A stretch of DNA of 64,000 nucleotides from Candidatus Woesebacteria bacterium (GCA_963716475.1 OY970314.1:74479-138478); one strand, 5' to 3'. Positions 1 through 9,715 are shown, counted from the stretch's first letter. Notes: generated by a model from the letters alone, not told the origin. Made by a program: numbers and translations.

Positions 1-133
1 AAATAATAATCTTATATACCTAAAAAGCAATAGAACCTTTTTCAAAACTTGCCATTACGGCTTGCTTTAGGGAGCTAACGCTAGGTTATATGAACAGGTA
101 TAAAACCAGTCCATAGTGTTGTAGAATGAACTA

Positions 134-1759
134 ATGATTAGGGATCAACTTGAAAAAATCTTGGGATTTGGGTTGGAAGCAACCGAAAATCCCGCCTTTG
201 GAGATTATTCTTCAGCAGTGGCTCTAAGTGGCGGTTCACCCAAGAAAAAAGCTGAGGAAATTGTAGAAAAGTTAAAAACCGACAAGGAACTATCCAACAT
301 TGTTGACAAAATAGAAGTTGCCGGCCCGGGTTTTATCAACTTTTGGCTGAAAAAAGATGCACTTATCGACAATGTGATACAGATTGAACATAGCAAAGAC
401 AAATATGGAACCTCGGACGCCGGAAAAGGCAAGACCGTCATTATTGATTATTCCTCACCCAATATCGCCAAACCTTTCGGGATAGGGCATCTTAGATCAA
501 CCATAATCGGAGCGGCTTTGTACAATCTTTATACAACCTTGGGTTACTGTGTCGTTGGAGATAATCATTTGGGGGATTGGGGAACGCAGTTCGGGAAGCT
601 TCTTTACATGATTAAATTAAAAAATTTAACCGATTTTGACATTGCCAAGCTTGAAGAACTGTATGTTGAATTTCATAAGCTTGCAGAAAAGGACAATAGC
701 CTTGATGAGAAAGCCCGTGAATGGTTTAAAAAACTGGAGGACGGAGACCCTGAGGCCAAATCAATCTGGCAAAAGTGCGTTGATGTTTCAATGGAAGAGT
801 TCGACAGAGTTTACAGGACCCTTGGCGTAAAAGTGGATTTTGCTTTCGGGGAAAGCTACTACTTAAGTGAAATGAAGCAGATGGTGAATGACCCGACCTT
901 CAAAAAATACCTATCGAAAGGAGAGGATGGGGCCCTGATTATTGATTTGGCCGAGGAAGGAATAAAAACGCCTTTGATGTTATTAAAAAGCGATGGGGCC
1001 ACAACTTATGCGACGCGCGACTTAGCTACAATTAAGTTCCGGGTTAGAAAATGGGATCCCGAAATCATTATTTATGAGGTCGGGGCGGAGCAATCGCTTC
1101 ACTTTAAGCAAGTATTCGCCGCTGCGAGACTTTTGGGACTTGTAGATGAGAGAGTTACACTGGTACACACGGCTCACGGCCTTTATTTGGCGTCTGACGG
1201 GAAGAAATTCAGTACCAGGGAAGGAAAAACCATAAAATTGGAGGAAGTCTTGGACGAAGCAATAAAAAGAGCTGAGAAATTGGGGAATAGTGACGGCAAG
1301 GTAGCCAAAGAAGTGGGGATAGGTGCCATAAAATATTTTGACCTGATGCATTCAGTTCAGAGCAATGTTGTTTTTGAATGGGACAAGGTGATGAATATGG
1401 AGGGCAATTCCGGTCCTTATCTTCAATATACGGTTGCCCGAACAAACTCGGTTCTGGCAAAGGCAAAAGCCCTAAACGCCGATCTTAAAGTAGCGGATTT
1501 AAACAGCGGGGAAGAATTGGTTCTTCGGAGCCTGATTAAATTTCCGGAAGTCGTTGAATTAAGCGCAAAACTATTTTCGCCCAATCTTCTCTGCAACTAT
1601 CTGTATGACTTAGCGCAGAAATATAATAATTTCTACAACATAAATAGAATAATCGGTTCGGATAGTGAAGATTTCCGACTTGCTTTGACTTTTGGAGTAG
1701 GGCAAGTATTAAAAAATGGGCTGAAGCTTCTTGGAATACAGACTCCTGAAAGGATGTAA
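134..1759 (+). CDS. argS: arginine--tRNA ligase
   Basis: 541 aa. Class I aaRS HIGH-like motif (PNIAKPFGIGHLRSTIIG). N-terminal Arg-tRNA synthetase domain and C-terminal DALR anticodon-binding region (…YLYDLAQKYNNFY…). Confidence 0.9.
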   Translation: MIRDQLEKILGFGLEATENPAFGDYSSAVALSGGSPKKKAEEIVEKLKTDKELSNIVDKIEVAGPGFINFWLKKDALIDNVIQIEHSKDKYGTSDAGKGKTVIIDYSSPNIAKPFGIGHLRSTIIGAALYNLYTTLGYCVVGDNHLGDWGTQFGKLLYMIKLKNLTDFDIAKLEELYVEFHKLAEKDNSLDEKAREWFKKLEDGDPEAKSIWQKCVDVSMEEFDRVYRTLGVKVDFAFGESYYLSEMKQMVNDPTFKKYLSKGEDGALIIDLAEEGIKTPLMLLKSDGATTYATRDLATIKFRVRKWDPEIIIYEVGAEQSLHFKQVFAAARLLGLVDERVTLVHTAHGLYLASDGKKFSTREGKTIKLEEVLDEAIKRAEKLGNSDGKVAKEVGIGAIKYFDLMHSVQSNVVFEWDKVMNMEGNSGPYLQYTVARTNSVLAKAKALNADLKVADLNSGEELVLRSLIKFPEVVELSAKLFSPNLLCNYLYDLAQKYNNFYNINRIIGSDSEDFRLALTFGVGQVLKNGLKLLGIQTPERM

Positions 1760-1760
1760 G

Positions 1761-2231
1761 TTATTTACCCTCGTCTTTTTCCAATTTCTCGATTCTTTTG
1801 AGAATATCCAGCATCATTTCATCCTGTTTCTCCAGATGAAGTAAAATGGCTTCAATTTCTTTTTCGGCTTTAACATTGGTTTCGTAATCGTGCTGGGCTC
1901 TGAGTTCTGCGTGCCTACTCTGCAGGTTTTGCCCGACCAAAATTAATGGCAAAAGTATAAGTTGCAGGTATCCTGAAGAAAAGTACTGAACCGTTGGCAT
2001 GGCCCAGCTAAAGATAAGGGGTAGGGTAACAAGTACCAGGCAGAAGTAGAAAAAACCCATCGTTCCGACTTTTGCAGTAATAAAAAGGGCCAGTTTGTCG
2101 GTTTTACTTAAACGGCTTTTATGTACCTCATTAGTATTGGCTATCGGTGCGAACTCGCGTTTAAGGTCGGCTACCGTTTTAATCGCGGGAGCGTGATCAT
2201 TTTTCTCGAGATGGGGTTGCGTTTCGGGCAT
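1761..2231 (-). CDS. small two-TM membrane protein with C-terminal coiled coil (DUF1003-like)
   Basis: 156 aa. Two hydrophobic helices, a GQNLQSRHAE motif reminiscent of DUF1003, and a Glu/Lys-rich coiled-coil tail. Convergent with argS. Confidence 0.4.
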   Translation of the reverse strand: MPETQPHLEKNDHAPAIKTVADLKREFAPIANTNEVHKSRLSKTDKLALFITAKVGTMGFFYFCLVLVTLPLIFSWAMPTVQYFSSGYLQLILLPLILVGQNLQSRHAELRAQHDYETNVKAEKEIEAILLHLEKQDEMMLDILKRIEKLEKDEGK

Positions 2232-2254
2232 TTATTAAGTATATAATACAAAAC

Positions 2255-3532
2255 ATGGATTACAAACTTCACAAAATGCCCTCGGGCCTAAGAGTGGTAA
2301 CAGTTCCCATGCCGGGACTGGAATCGGTGACCATAACTATTTGGGTCAGAACAGGCAGCCGAAACGAGGATGAAAAGGTAGGCGGAATCAGCCACTTCCT
2401 GGAGCATATGGTTTTTAAAGGCAGCCCAAAGCGCCCAACCGCAAAAGACATTTCTCAGGCAGTGGATGCAATCGGCGGAGAATTCAACGCCGCGACCAGC
2501 AAGGACTGGACGAATTTTTACATTAAAGCAGCCAAAGAAAACCTGGAAACCGCCTTCGATGTCCTAAGCGACATGGTTCTCAACCCCCTTTTGAAGTCGG
2601 ATGAGATAGAAAGGGAAAAGGGGACCATTATTCAGGAAATAAGAATGTATGAGGATACTCCGATGATGAGAATAGGAGACGTTTTTGAAGAGCTGGCATT
2701 TAACGGTAATCCATTGGGACGCGACACGGCCGGAATCGAAGCCACAGTCAAAGGGATCAAGAGGGACGATTTTGTAAGATATAGAAAGATACATTATCAT
2801 TCAGAAAATATGCTGGTTACGGTAGCCGGAGGAATAGACCAGGATGTGGTATTGAAATTGGTCGAAAAGTATTTTGACTCGGTTAAGCCCTTTAAAGGAG
2901 TTTTATTTAAAGGTCAGGAATTTAAGAATAAACAAACCAAACCCCAATTTAAACTCCAAACCAAGAAAAGCGAACAGGCTCATCTGATTTTGGGGTTTAT
3001 GGCTGAGGGCAGGGGATACCCGGCCCGATTTGCCCAAAGTATTCTCTCCGTAATTTTGGGCGGGGGAATGAGCTCGAGACTATTTATTGAGGTCAGGGAA
3101 CGGCGTGGCCTGGCATATTCCGTAAGGACAAATGCCGACAGATACCAGGAAATCGGATATATGGGGACATATGCCGGAGTAAACGTAGCTAAGTCCGATG
3201 AAGCCATTAAAGTCATCTTGGACCAATGCTATGGCTTGTCTTCCGGCAAGTATCCGGTAACCGCTAAGGAACTAACCAAGGCTAAAGGTTTTCTCAAAGG
3301 TAACCTCGCACTGGCTCTTGAGGACACGCATGACGTCAGCGGGTTTTACGGTGAACAGAACCTTTTCCTAGAAAAAGTTTTGACACCCGAGGAAATTTAC
3401 AAGAAAGTTGACGCAGTTACAATAAAAGACGTTAATTTTGAGGCTAAAAAACTATTCACCCCATCTCGCCTCAATTTAGCCATAATCGGTCCTTTCAAAG
3501 ATAGCAAGAAATTTGTACAATTATTGGAATAA
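2255..3532 (+). CDS. M16 family zinc peptidase (insulinase/pitrilysin-like)
   Basis: 425 aa. Inverted zinc-binding HxxEH motif (HFLEHMVFKG) near the N-terminus and a downstream glutamate-containing region typical of M16. Confidence 0.8.
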   Translation: MDYKLHKMPSGLRVVTVPMPGLESVTITIWVRTGSRNEDEKVGGISHFLEHMVFKGSPKRPTAKDISQAVDAIGGEFNAATSKDWTNFYIKAAKENLETAFDVLSDMVLNPLLKSDEIEREKGTIIQEIRMYEDTPMMRIGDVFEELAFNGNPLGRDTAGIEATVKGIKRDDFVRYRKIHYHSENMLVTVAGGIDQDVVLKLVEKYFDSVKPFKGVLFKGQEFKNKQTKPQFKLQTKKSEQAHLILGFMAEGRGYPARFAQSILSVILGGGMSSRLFIEVRERRGLAYSVRTNADRYQEIGYMGTYAGVNVAKSDEAIKVILDQCYGLSSGKYPVTAKELTKAKGFLKGNLALALEDTHDVSGFYGEQNLFLEKVLTPEEIYKKVDAVTIKDVNFEAKKLFTPSRLNLAIIGPFKDSKKFVQLLE

Positions 3533-3533
3533 T

Positions 3534-3995
3534 ATGGAAAGAACGGTAGTACTCATCAAGCCGGATGGTATTCAGAGAGGACTGGTAGGCGAGATAATGC
3601 ACAGATTTGAAAGAAAAGGGCTTAAACTGGTCGGACTTAAGATGGTCACCATGACCGATGCGATGCTTGACAGCTGGTATGTCCACCACAAAGATAAACC
3701 CTTTTTCCAGGACCTTAAGAGCTTTATGCGCTGGACTCCTGTGGTTGCCATGGTTTGGGAAGGCTTGGAAGCGGTTGCCGCCGTCAGAAAGATCGTGGGA
3801 ATTACCAAGGCGAGAGAAGCCGAAGCAGGTTCAATCCGGGGGGATTTTGGTATGAGTGGCTCACAAAATATAATCCACGCGTCAGATTCTCTGGAATCTG
3901 CGGAGAAAGAATTAGGATTAATATTTAACGGCGACGAAATCTTCGATTACGAAAGCGGTATGGACCGCCTTATTTACTCCAAAGAGGAAACTTAA
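3534..3995 (+). CDS. ndk: nucleoside diphosphate kinase
   Basis: The ORF track starts at 3513, but conserved NDK sequence begins at MERTVVLIKPDGIQRGLVGEI (ATG 3534, directly after the upstream stop). An NDK active-site His region (NIIHASD) is present. Confidence 0.9.
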   Translation: MERTVVLIKPDGIQRGLVGEIMHRFERKGLKLVGLKMVTMTDAMLDSWYVHHKDKPFFQDLKSFMRWTPVVAMVWEGLEAVAAVRKIVGITKAREAEAGSIRGDFGMSGSQNIIHASDSLESAEKELGLIFNGDEIFDYESGMDRLIYSKEET

Positions 3996-4034
3996 GATAA
4001 TATTTTGTATTTTCCTGATATAATTAGCCATATT

Positions 4035-4106
4035 CGGGGTGTAGTGAATCGGTATCACGTTACGTTCGGGACGTAAAGACACTGGGTTCAATTCCCAGCA
4101 CCCCGA
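4035..4106 (+). tRNA. tRNA-Pro (anticodon CGG)
   Basis: Hand-folded cloverleaf. Acceptor CGGGGTG/CACCCCG with the C1:G72 pair typical of tRNA-Pro, U8A9, D-arm GTGA/TCAC, anticodon stem TTACG/CGTAA with loop TTCGGGA giving anticodon CGG, T-arm CTGGG-TTCAATT-CCCAG, and discriminator A. No encoded CCA. Confidence 0.75.
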
Positions 4107-4121
4107 CCGAAGAGTAAATAA

Positions 4122-4196
4122 GCCCTCGTAGCTCAACGGATAGAGCAAACCCGTCCTAAGGGTGAGATGACAGTTCAATTCCGTCCGAGGGCACCA
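4122..4196 (+). tRNA. tRNA-Arg (anticodon CCU)
   Basis: Hand-folded. Acceptor GCCCTCG/CGAGGGC, D-arm GCTC-AACGGATA-GAGC, anticodon stem AACCC/GGGTG with loop GTCCTAA giving anticodon CCT, T-arm GACAG-TTCAATT-CCGTC with one A·C mismatch, discriminator A, and an encoded 3' CCA. Confidence 0.75.
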
Positions 4197-5399
4197 TTAC
4201 TTTACTGTCAGTGTATAAAGATTAGCAGAGGTCGTTGGGGCTCCTAAGTTTGTAAGAATCAAGATCTTGGTTGTATTTGAAAAAGGAAATGCAGCCGGAG
4301 CAAAATACGAGCCTGAATAGACTACCTGGCGGTTGGTTCCGTCATAGTCCATTATCACAATCTGCCCGCTTTGAGCCAGGAGCAGATGCCTGCTCGTAGA
4401 CATCCATCTTAATGCTCCCGTTTGAGGATTATCTATATTATTTATGCTAACGGGCTGGTCCGTGATCAGAAAGTTCCGGTCCTCTTTAGTATCGTAAATA
4501 TAAGTGTGTCCTGTCTGGATACTTCTTTCCTGCCTTTGTGTTGAGGCTCCCGGAAGAGGTCTAATTAAACCTTCCGGCAAAGTGCCGGAAGAACTGGCAG
4601 TGTAAAGGATCATATTACCATCTGGTGAAAATACGAAGTCCGAAGATTTTCTGGAAAGGACATCGCTTACCTCCGGAGGTAAATTCCTGATTAAATTTTG
4701 GTTATTTGTCACAGTTTCCGTTTTCCACTGTGCAAGAGTTACGTTCTCTTTCGAAGCAATATTTACCCTTTGATTTTGGGCTATAAATGATCCGGTATCT
4801 AATAGAAAGACGCTGTTAGATATTGTTAGAAGTACCTGACGTCCGTCTGGTGAAAAAACATAGGTTGCCCCTGTCATATCTCCGTCCGTCATTCTTTTTG
4901 GTCCGGCTCCGAATCCCAAAGGCAAACTCAAGGTATCGAGTTCCCAGAGCCCGGCTTTATCGTTCACGGTATCCGTGGAGGGAAGTATGCTGAAAACAAT
5001 TTTTGATCCGTCCTCAGCCATTACAGGGTTAATGGCTCCTGTTGAAGTAACCGGTGAGAGGGAAGGGACGTTTTTGAAAAGCGAAATTGTGGCTTGAGTA
5101 ACAATTTCTTTTTCGATGGTTAGCCTTTTATACCAGCTAAAATAACCGTCTTTTCTGACCTCAACGTCGTAGGTTCCGGGGGAAAGAGAAATACTGGCAT
5201 TGGTTGCAGTTTTGAGATCCCCGTTGACAAAGACTGAGGCTCCATCCGGCTCGGATTTAAGCACTAAAATGCCGTTCGGCTGGAACTTAAACGTTTTAAG
5301 ATTAAACCGATAGCCTCGGGCATAATATGAGGCAAAAAGCCCCACGCTTCCTACAACGACCAAAGTAATCAGGAAAAAAATAACTCTGACTTTTGTCAT
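4197..5399 (-). CDS. membrane-anchored PEGA-domain / PD40 (TolB-like) beta-propeller repeat protein
   Basis: 400 aa. N-terminal TM helix. PEGA-like segment (LVLKSEPDGASVFVNGDLKTATN…GTYDVEVRKDGYFSW). Repeated ~FSPDG motifs (VFSPDGRQVLL, FVFSPDGNMILY) typical of PD40 beta-propeller blades. Confidence 0.55.
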   Translation of the reverse strand: MTKVRVIFFLITLVVVGSVGLFASYYARGYRFNLKTFKFQPNGILVLKSEPDGASVFVNGDLKTATNASISLSPGTYDVEVRKDGYFSWYKRLTIEKEIVTQATISLFKNVPSLSPVTSTGAINPVMAEDGSKIVFSILPSTDTVNDKAGLWELDTLSLPLGFGAGPKRMTDGDMTGATYVFSPDGRQVLLTISNSVFLLDTGSFIAQNQRVNIASKENVTLAQWKTETVTNNQNLIRNLPPEVSDVLSRKSSDFVFSPDGNMILYTASSSGTLPEGLIRPLPGASTQRQERSIQTGHTYIYDTKEDRNFLITDQPVSINNIDNPQTGALRWMSTSRHLLLAQSGQIVIMDYDGTNRQVVYSGSYFAPAAFPFSNTTKILILTNLGAPTTSANLYTLTVK

Positions 5400-5466
5400 A
5401 TGAGTGCATTATACCAAAGAACTGTCTGCTTTGGATCATCTTTGAATCTGATATAATCCGATTAAT

Positions 5467-6474
5467 ATGTGGAGGAAGAATATTGCCATTGATTTAGGGA
5501 CTGCAAATACGCTTGTGTGGGTGGTGGGTGAAGGACTAGTTGTTAATGAGCCTACGGTTGTGGCTATTTCGGCGGATGATAATAAGGTGGTAGCGGTTGG
5601 AGAGGAAGCTAAAAGAATGCTCGGACGTACCCCCGAAGCTCTTATAGCCTCGCGTCCCATGAGAGACGGGGTAATTGCGGATTATCAGGTGACCGAGGCA
5701 ATGCTTAGGTATTTTATAGGCAAGGTTTTAGGTAGGTTTCAAATTTTTAAGCCTAATGTTATGGTTTGTGTACCTGCGGGTTGTACCCAAGTAGAACGTC
5801 GGGCGGCACTTGATGCCACTCTTTCGGCCGGTGCAGGGCACGCATACCTGATTGATGAACCTCTGGCTGCCGCAATCGGAGCTCAAATTCCGGTTTCGGC
5901 CCCATCCGGGCATATGATAATAGACATTGGAGGAGGTTCAACCGAGGCTGCTGTAATTTCACTGGGGGGTGTAGTTAGCCATAAGTCTGTCCGGGTTGCC
6001 GGAAACAAGATTGATGAAGCAATCCAGACTTATCTTAAAAAGAAACACAATCTGATAGTGGGAGATCAAACGGCGGAGGATATTAAACTCAAAATTGGAT
6101 CCGCAACCGCGACCCCTAAGGCCGAAAAGCTGGAGATATCCGGTCGCGACCTCGTTTTTGGGCTTCCGAGAACCGTTATTATCACTTCAGGGGAAGTAAC
6201 TGAAGCGATAAAGCCAATTTTGATGCAGATAATCAGTGCAGTAAAGGGTGTTTTGGAGGATACACCTCCGGAACTTGCCTCAGATATTATCGATAAGGGT
6301 ATCATTATGAGTGGGGGATCTGCGCTTCTCAGGAATTTTGATAAAATGATAACGACTGAAACCGGAGTTCCGGCTCATGTTGCCGATGAGCCGCTTCTTT
6401 GTGTTGTTAGAGGAACAGGACTCGTATTGGAAAACATCGAACTTTGGAAAAGAAGTGTAACGACAAGGGGGTAA
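5467..6474 (+). CDS. mreB: rod shape-determining actin homologue MreB
   Basis: 335 aa. Actin-fold phosphate-1 motif IAIDLGTANTLVWV, DxGGGTT-like IIDIGGGSTE and MSGGSALLRN motifs. Confidence 0.9.
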   Translation: MWRKNIAIDLGTANTLVWVVGEGLVVNEPTVVAISADDNKVVAVGEEAKRMLGRTPEALIASRPMRDGVIADYQVTEAMLRYFIGKVLGRFQIFKPNVMVCVPAGCTQVERRAALDATLSAGAGHAYLIDEPLAAAIGAQIPVSAPSGHMIIDIGGGSTEAAVISLGGVVSHKSVRVAGNKIDEAIQTYLKKKHNLIVGDQTAEDIKLKIGSATATPKAEKLEISGRDLVFGLPRTVIITSGEVTEAIKPILMQIISAVKGVLEDTPPELASDIIDKGIIMSGGSALLRNFDKMITTETGVPAHVADEPLLCVVRGTGLVLENIELWKRSVTTRG

Positions 6475-6864
6475 CTCTATAATATAGGGTAGTGTGAATA
6501 ATAGGAAGCTATTATTAATATAGGTTTATAATTTCTGGATTTTCAAGTTGAATACTCATACTTTGTATTAACAGGAGCTAAGCATAAATATATGATCTAT
6601 AGTGATAGGTAAAATAAGCAATATATATTGTTCATCGTTTGAGGATAAGTTCGTTAATATGTAGTTCAGTAATTGGATAATAAATATACACAAGTTTGCT
6701 TTTTTAGAACGTATGTTTATCAATATAATTTACCTGTAGTAAAAGTAATAATTATTACTTTTCAATTATTAATTTTCAATATAATATAAGATATACACAG
6801 TTGCGGGGAAAACGAGGCTAATTATACCAATTCTGCAATCTATAAGATAAATACCATTTTTGAC
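6475..6864. promoter_or_regulatory. AT-rich non-coding region upstream of the GT26 gene containing a 24-bp perfect palindrome (6741-6764)
   Basis: About 390 bp with no credible ORF. Contains AAAAGTAATAAT|ATTATTACTTTT. Confidence 0.3.
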
Positions 6865-7650
6865 ATGATAAGAACACAAAAAAACCACATAGAATTAGGC
6901 CGTAAAGACGGTAAAATCCTTGGAATTAATGTTACTGGCACTTACATTAATGAAGTGCTAGCAAGAGTAAAGGAGAATATAGCCGATAGTGTCAAATTTT
7001 ACATAGTAACACCCAACCCCGAGATCATTTTAATGGCACAGAAGTTCAAAAAGTTAAAGATTGCTTTAAATGGAACCGACTTGGCGATACCGGATGGAGT
7101 AGGACTAAAGTTTGCTATTCCCGGCTTAAATATTATTAGAGGAAGAGAGCTTTTTTCGGAACTTATAAAACTTTCCAGTGAGAAAAAATGGAAGTTATTC
7201 TTGCTGGGAGGGCTTGGTGACGAGGCGGGATTGTCAGCCAGGAAGCTCAAGGCTCAACATGCAGAACTCAAGATTGAAACATTTAAGGGTCCAAAATTGG
7301 ATAATGACGCTGAACCTGTGTCCGAAAACGATAAAGAGCTTCAAAAGGAGGCAATCGACAGAATTAACAAGTTTGCCCCGCAGCTTCTATTTGTAGCCTT
7401 TGGCAACCCGAAGCAGGAAATTTGGGTTTACGAAAACTATTCAAAATTAAATATCGGGGGGGCAATGGCCGTGGGAGGGGCATTTCGTTACGTAGCCGGG
7501 TTATCCAAGGTCCCGCCAAAATGGATAGCTGATCTGGGTCTTGAGTGGCTCTGGAGGCTTATTAACGAGCCGTTCCGGATTGGCCGCATTTGGAATGCAG
7601 TTATCATTTTCCCTCTAAGAGTATTTATTTTTAAAGTTTTCTCTGTATAA
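6865..7650 (+). CDS. WecB/TagA/CpsF family glycosyltransferase (GT26)
   Basis: 261 aa. Family-typical LLFVAFGNPKQEIWV motif and overall length. Confidence 0.75.
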   Translation: MIRTQKNHIELGRKDGKILGINVTGTYINEVLARVKENIADSVKFYIVTPNPEIILMAQKFKKLKIALNGTDLAIPDGVGLKFAIPGLNIIRGRELFSELIKLSSEKKWKLFLLGGLGDEAGLSARKLKAQHAELKIETFKGPKLDNDAEPVSENDKELQKEAIDRINKFAPQLLFVAFGNPKQEIWVYENYSKLNIGGAMAVGGAFRYVAGLSKVPPKWIADLGLEWLWRLINEPFRIGRIWNAVIIFPLRVFIFKVFSV

Positions 7651-7657
7651 TGACCCC

Positions 7658-7891
7658 ATGTCATGCGATATTTCGCGGACCGGAGAGTGTGACCGTATTG
7701 CTGCGGAAGAATATCATTGTGACGATTGTAGCGATTTTATAGCTTTGGCCCAAGGCGCCATTACAGGTGGCGGTTTTGTTTTGGTTTACTCAAGTCCTAA
7801 CAAGGCTGCTGTTTACAATAGAAACGGCTATTTGCTGATGGAGATTGATAACGGAATGTTTAGGAAAAAGGGGAACATCGGTTCATCTTGA
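7658..7891 (+). CDS. hypothetical small Cys-rich protein
   Basis: 77 aa. CxxxxxxC…CxxC pattern (CDISRTGEC…HCDDC). Fills the gap between the GT26 gene and the sigma factor. Coding status uncertain. Confidence 0.3.
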   Translation: MSCDISRTGECDRIAAEEYHCDDCSDFIALAQGAITGGGFVLVYSSPNKAAVYNRNGYLLMEIDNGMFRKKGNIGSS

Positions 7892-8410
7892 ACCTCCTGA
7901 CCATACTTTAGAAAATTCTTCTTTTGCCCTATAAAGCCTGCCTTCAACCGCCCGCTCGCTTATGCCCATTATTTTTGAGATTTCTATGTAAGACATATCT
8001 TTCCAGTATCTGAACCAAAGAAGTCTCCTTTTGTCGTCGGGGAGCAGGTTTAAGCAATCATTAACGGACCTTCTGAGGTCTTTTAGAGCCAGGCTTTCCT
8101 CGGGGGAGAGGGACTTTTCGTCTTTTTGAGTTATTGCCTCAATTAGAGGCACAACAATTCCGGATCTGGAATTTATCTGGTCGTGGTAATAATCGGCAAT
8201 TTTATTTAGTGCGATCCTGCAAAGCCAAGTAAAATAGCTGCTTTTGTGCCTGAAAGTTGTGAGTCCCCTCCATGCGGCCACAAATGTTTCCTCAACGATT
8301 TCATCTACCTCGTCTTTGTTTGCACCGATCCTTTTCATTACGAATTTGGTCAGAGGGAGAGCCAGTTTTTTATAAAATTCGTCAAACCAGACGCGTGGGT
8401 TATTTGGCAT
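7883..8410 (-). CDS. RNA polymerase ECF-type sigma-70 factor
   Basis: 175 aa. Region 2 (…VEETFVAAWRGLTTF…YFTWLCRIALNKIADYY) and region 4 HTH (…MSYIEISKIMGISERAVEGRLYRAKEEF). Confidence 0.8.
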   Translation of the reverse strand: MPNNPRVWFDEFYKKLALPLTKFVMKRIGANKDEVDEIVEETFVAAWRGLTTFRHKSSYFTWLCRIALNKIADYYHDQINSRSGIVVPLIEAITQKDEKSLSPEESLALKDLRRSVNDCLNLLPDDKRRLLWFRYWKDMSYIEISKIMGISERAVEGRLYRAKEEFSKVWSGGSR

Positions 8411-8431
8411 ATCGAAGACTAATTATATAAC

Positions 8432-8686
8432 ATGGACATTTCCGGAGTATTGTCAAAATATTTGAGGCTGGGTAGGGAGAGGGAAGGCGGTACCTTTTTT
8501 GAAGAGACTTCCTTCTATCGCGATGCAGGTGGGGATATGGGATTAGTGCAGGACGCCGGTGATGGTCGGTATATTTTGGATAAACATCAACTTCAAATCC
8601 TAATGCGGAGGGACCCCAAATCTTCCGATTTTGAGGTAAAAATGCTTCAGGAAGGAAAATTTCTTGTGGGGTTTAAAAAGGAGTAG
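8432..8686 (+). CDS. hypothetical protein
   Basis: 84-aa ORF filling the intergenic gap. No recognisable motif. Confidence 0.25.
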   Translation: MDISGVLSKYLRLGREREGGTFFEETSFYRDAGGDMGLVQDAGDGRYILDKHQLQILMRRDPKSSDFEVKMLQEGKFLVGFKKE

Positions 8687-8699
8687 AATAGGGCCTCAT

Positions 8700-9491
8700 A
8701 TGAAGAATTTGATTCTGATTAAGCTTGGTGGAAGCATAATTACCGATAAGAAAAAGGGCTATTCGGTACGCGGGGCCAATATCTTACGATTGGGGAGAGA
8801 GATAAAAAGTGCCTTAAAAGCCGGCAATTGCAAAGTAATTATCGGTCACGGAGCTGGCAGTTTTGCCCATGTCCCAGCACACAAATATAAAACTAAAGAA
8901 GGACTAATTAATAAAAATAGCCTTTACGGAATGAGTGTTACTGGGGATGCGGCACGGAAGTTGAACTCCATTGTGCTAAAAAATTTTCTTACTTTGGGAC
9001 TTCCGGTGTTTTCTTTTTCTCCGGCAAGTTTCCTGATATCTGATAGATATAGATATAGTAAATCATATATAGATCCTATCAAAAAGGCTTTAAATATTGG
9101 AATTATACCGGTAGTTTATGGGGATGTTATTCTGGACAAGGTAACCGGCTGCACAATTTTTTCCACCGAAAAAATTCTTTCAATATTGGCAAGGCAGTTA
9201 ACAGGGGATTATAAAATCAGAATTATTTATGCAACCGATACAGATGGTGTTTATGATGAAAAAGGGAAAACAATGGAAAAAATTATACAATCAAGCTTTG
9301 ACAAAGTTAAAAAAGTAGTTTCTAGTGCTGGAACGACGGACGTAACCGGTGGGATGCTTCACAAAGTGGAAGAGTCGCTGAAATTAGCCAAAGAAACTGG
9401 AATTGAAACCACTATTGTAAACGGAAACAAAAAAGGTAATTTGTTAAGAGCTGTCCTGGGAGAATCTGTAAGATCTACGATTATCTCCTAA
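8700..9491 (+). CDS. isopentenyl phosphate kinase-like (amino acid kinase family)
   Basis: N-terminal LIKLGGS glycine motif and GHGAGSFAH motif (compare IPK HGGGSFGH). About 264 aa from ATG 8700; the ORF track starts at 8664. Co-located with idi and prenyl synthase genes. Confidence 0.65.
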   Translation: MKNLILIKLGGSIITDKKKGYSVRGANILRLGREIKSALKAGNCKVIIGHGAGSFAHVPAHKYKTKEGLINKNSLYGMSVTGDAARKLNSIVLKNFLTLGLPVFSFSPASFLISDRYRYSKSYIDPIKKALNIGIIPVVYGDVILDKVTGCTIFSTEKILSILARQLTGDYKIRIIYATDTDGVYDEKGKTMEKIIQSSFDKVKKVVSSAGTTDVTGGMLHKVEESLKLAKETGIETTIVNGNKKGNLLRAVLGESVRSTIIS

Positions 9492-9715
9492 AATTCGTCA
9501 GAGCTGTCCATTCCTTCATCCTCTTGTCTTAGGATACTTTTTGTGATGTTGGCAGCAAGATCCGAGTTCTTCGGCTTACTTAGGTCAAGGCTCTCGGTTT
9601 CGCCGCTTTCCACATTTTCCATCTTGACTCTGCAACCACGCAGGTGAGTGTAAAGGTTCCCACCTCTTGGATCAAAATCATAATTGTCTATATTATAGTG
9701 ACTACCTTTTTCCAT
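9488..9715 (-). CDS. hypothetical small acidic protein
   Basis: 75-aa ORF occupying the 266-bp gap between the IPK-like gene and idi. No motif recognised. Confidence 0.25.
   Translation of the reverse strand: MEKGSHYNIDNYDFDPRGGNLYTHLRGCRVKMENVESGETESLDLSKPKNSDLAANITKSILRQEDEGMDSSDEF

Noticed and set aside
3918-4178. 86-aa minus-strand ORF
   Set aside because: It overlaps both hand-folded tRNA genes (tRNA-Pro and tRNA-Arg), so it is a spurious ORF across structured RNA.
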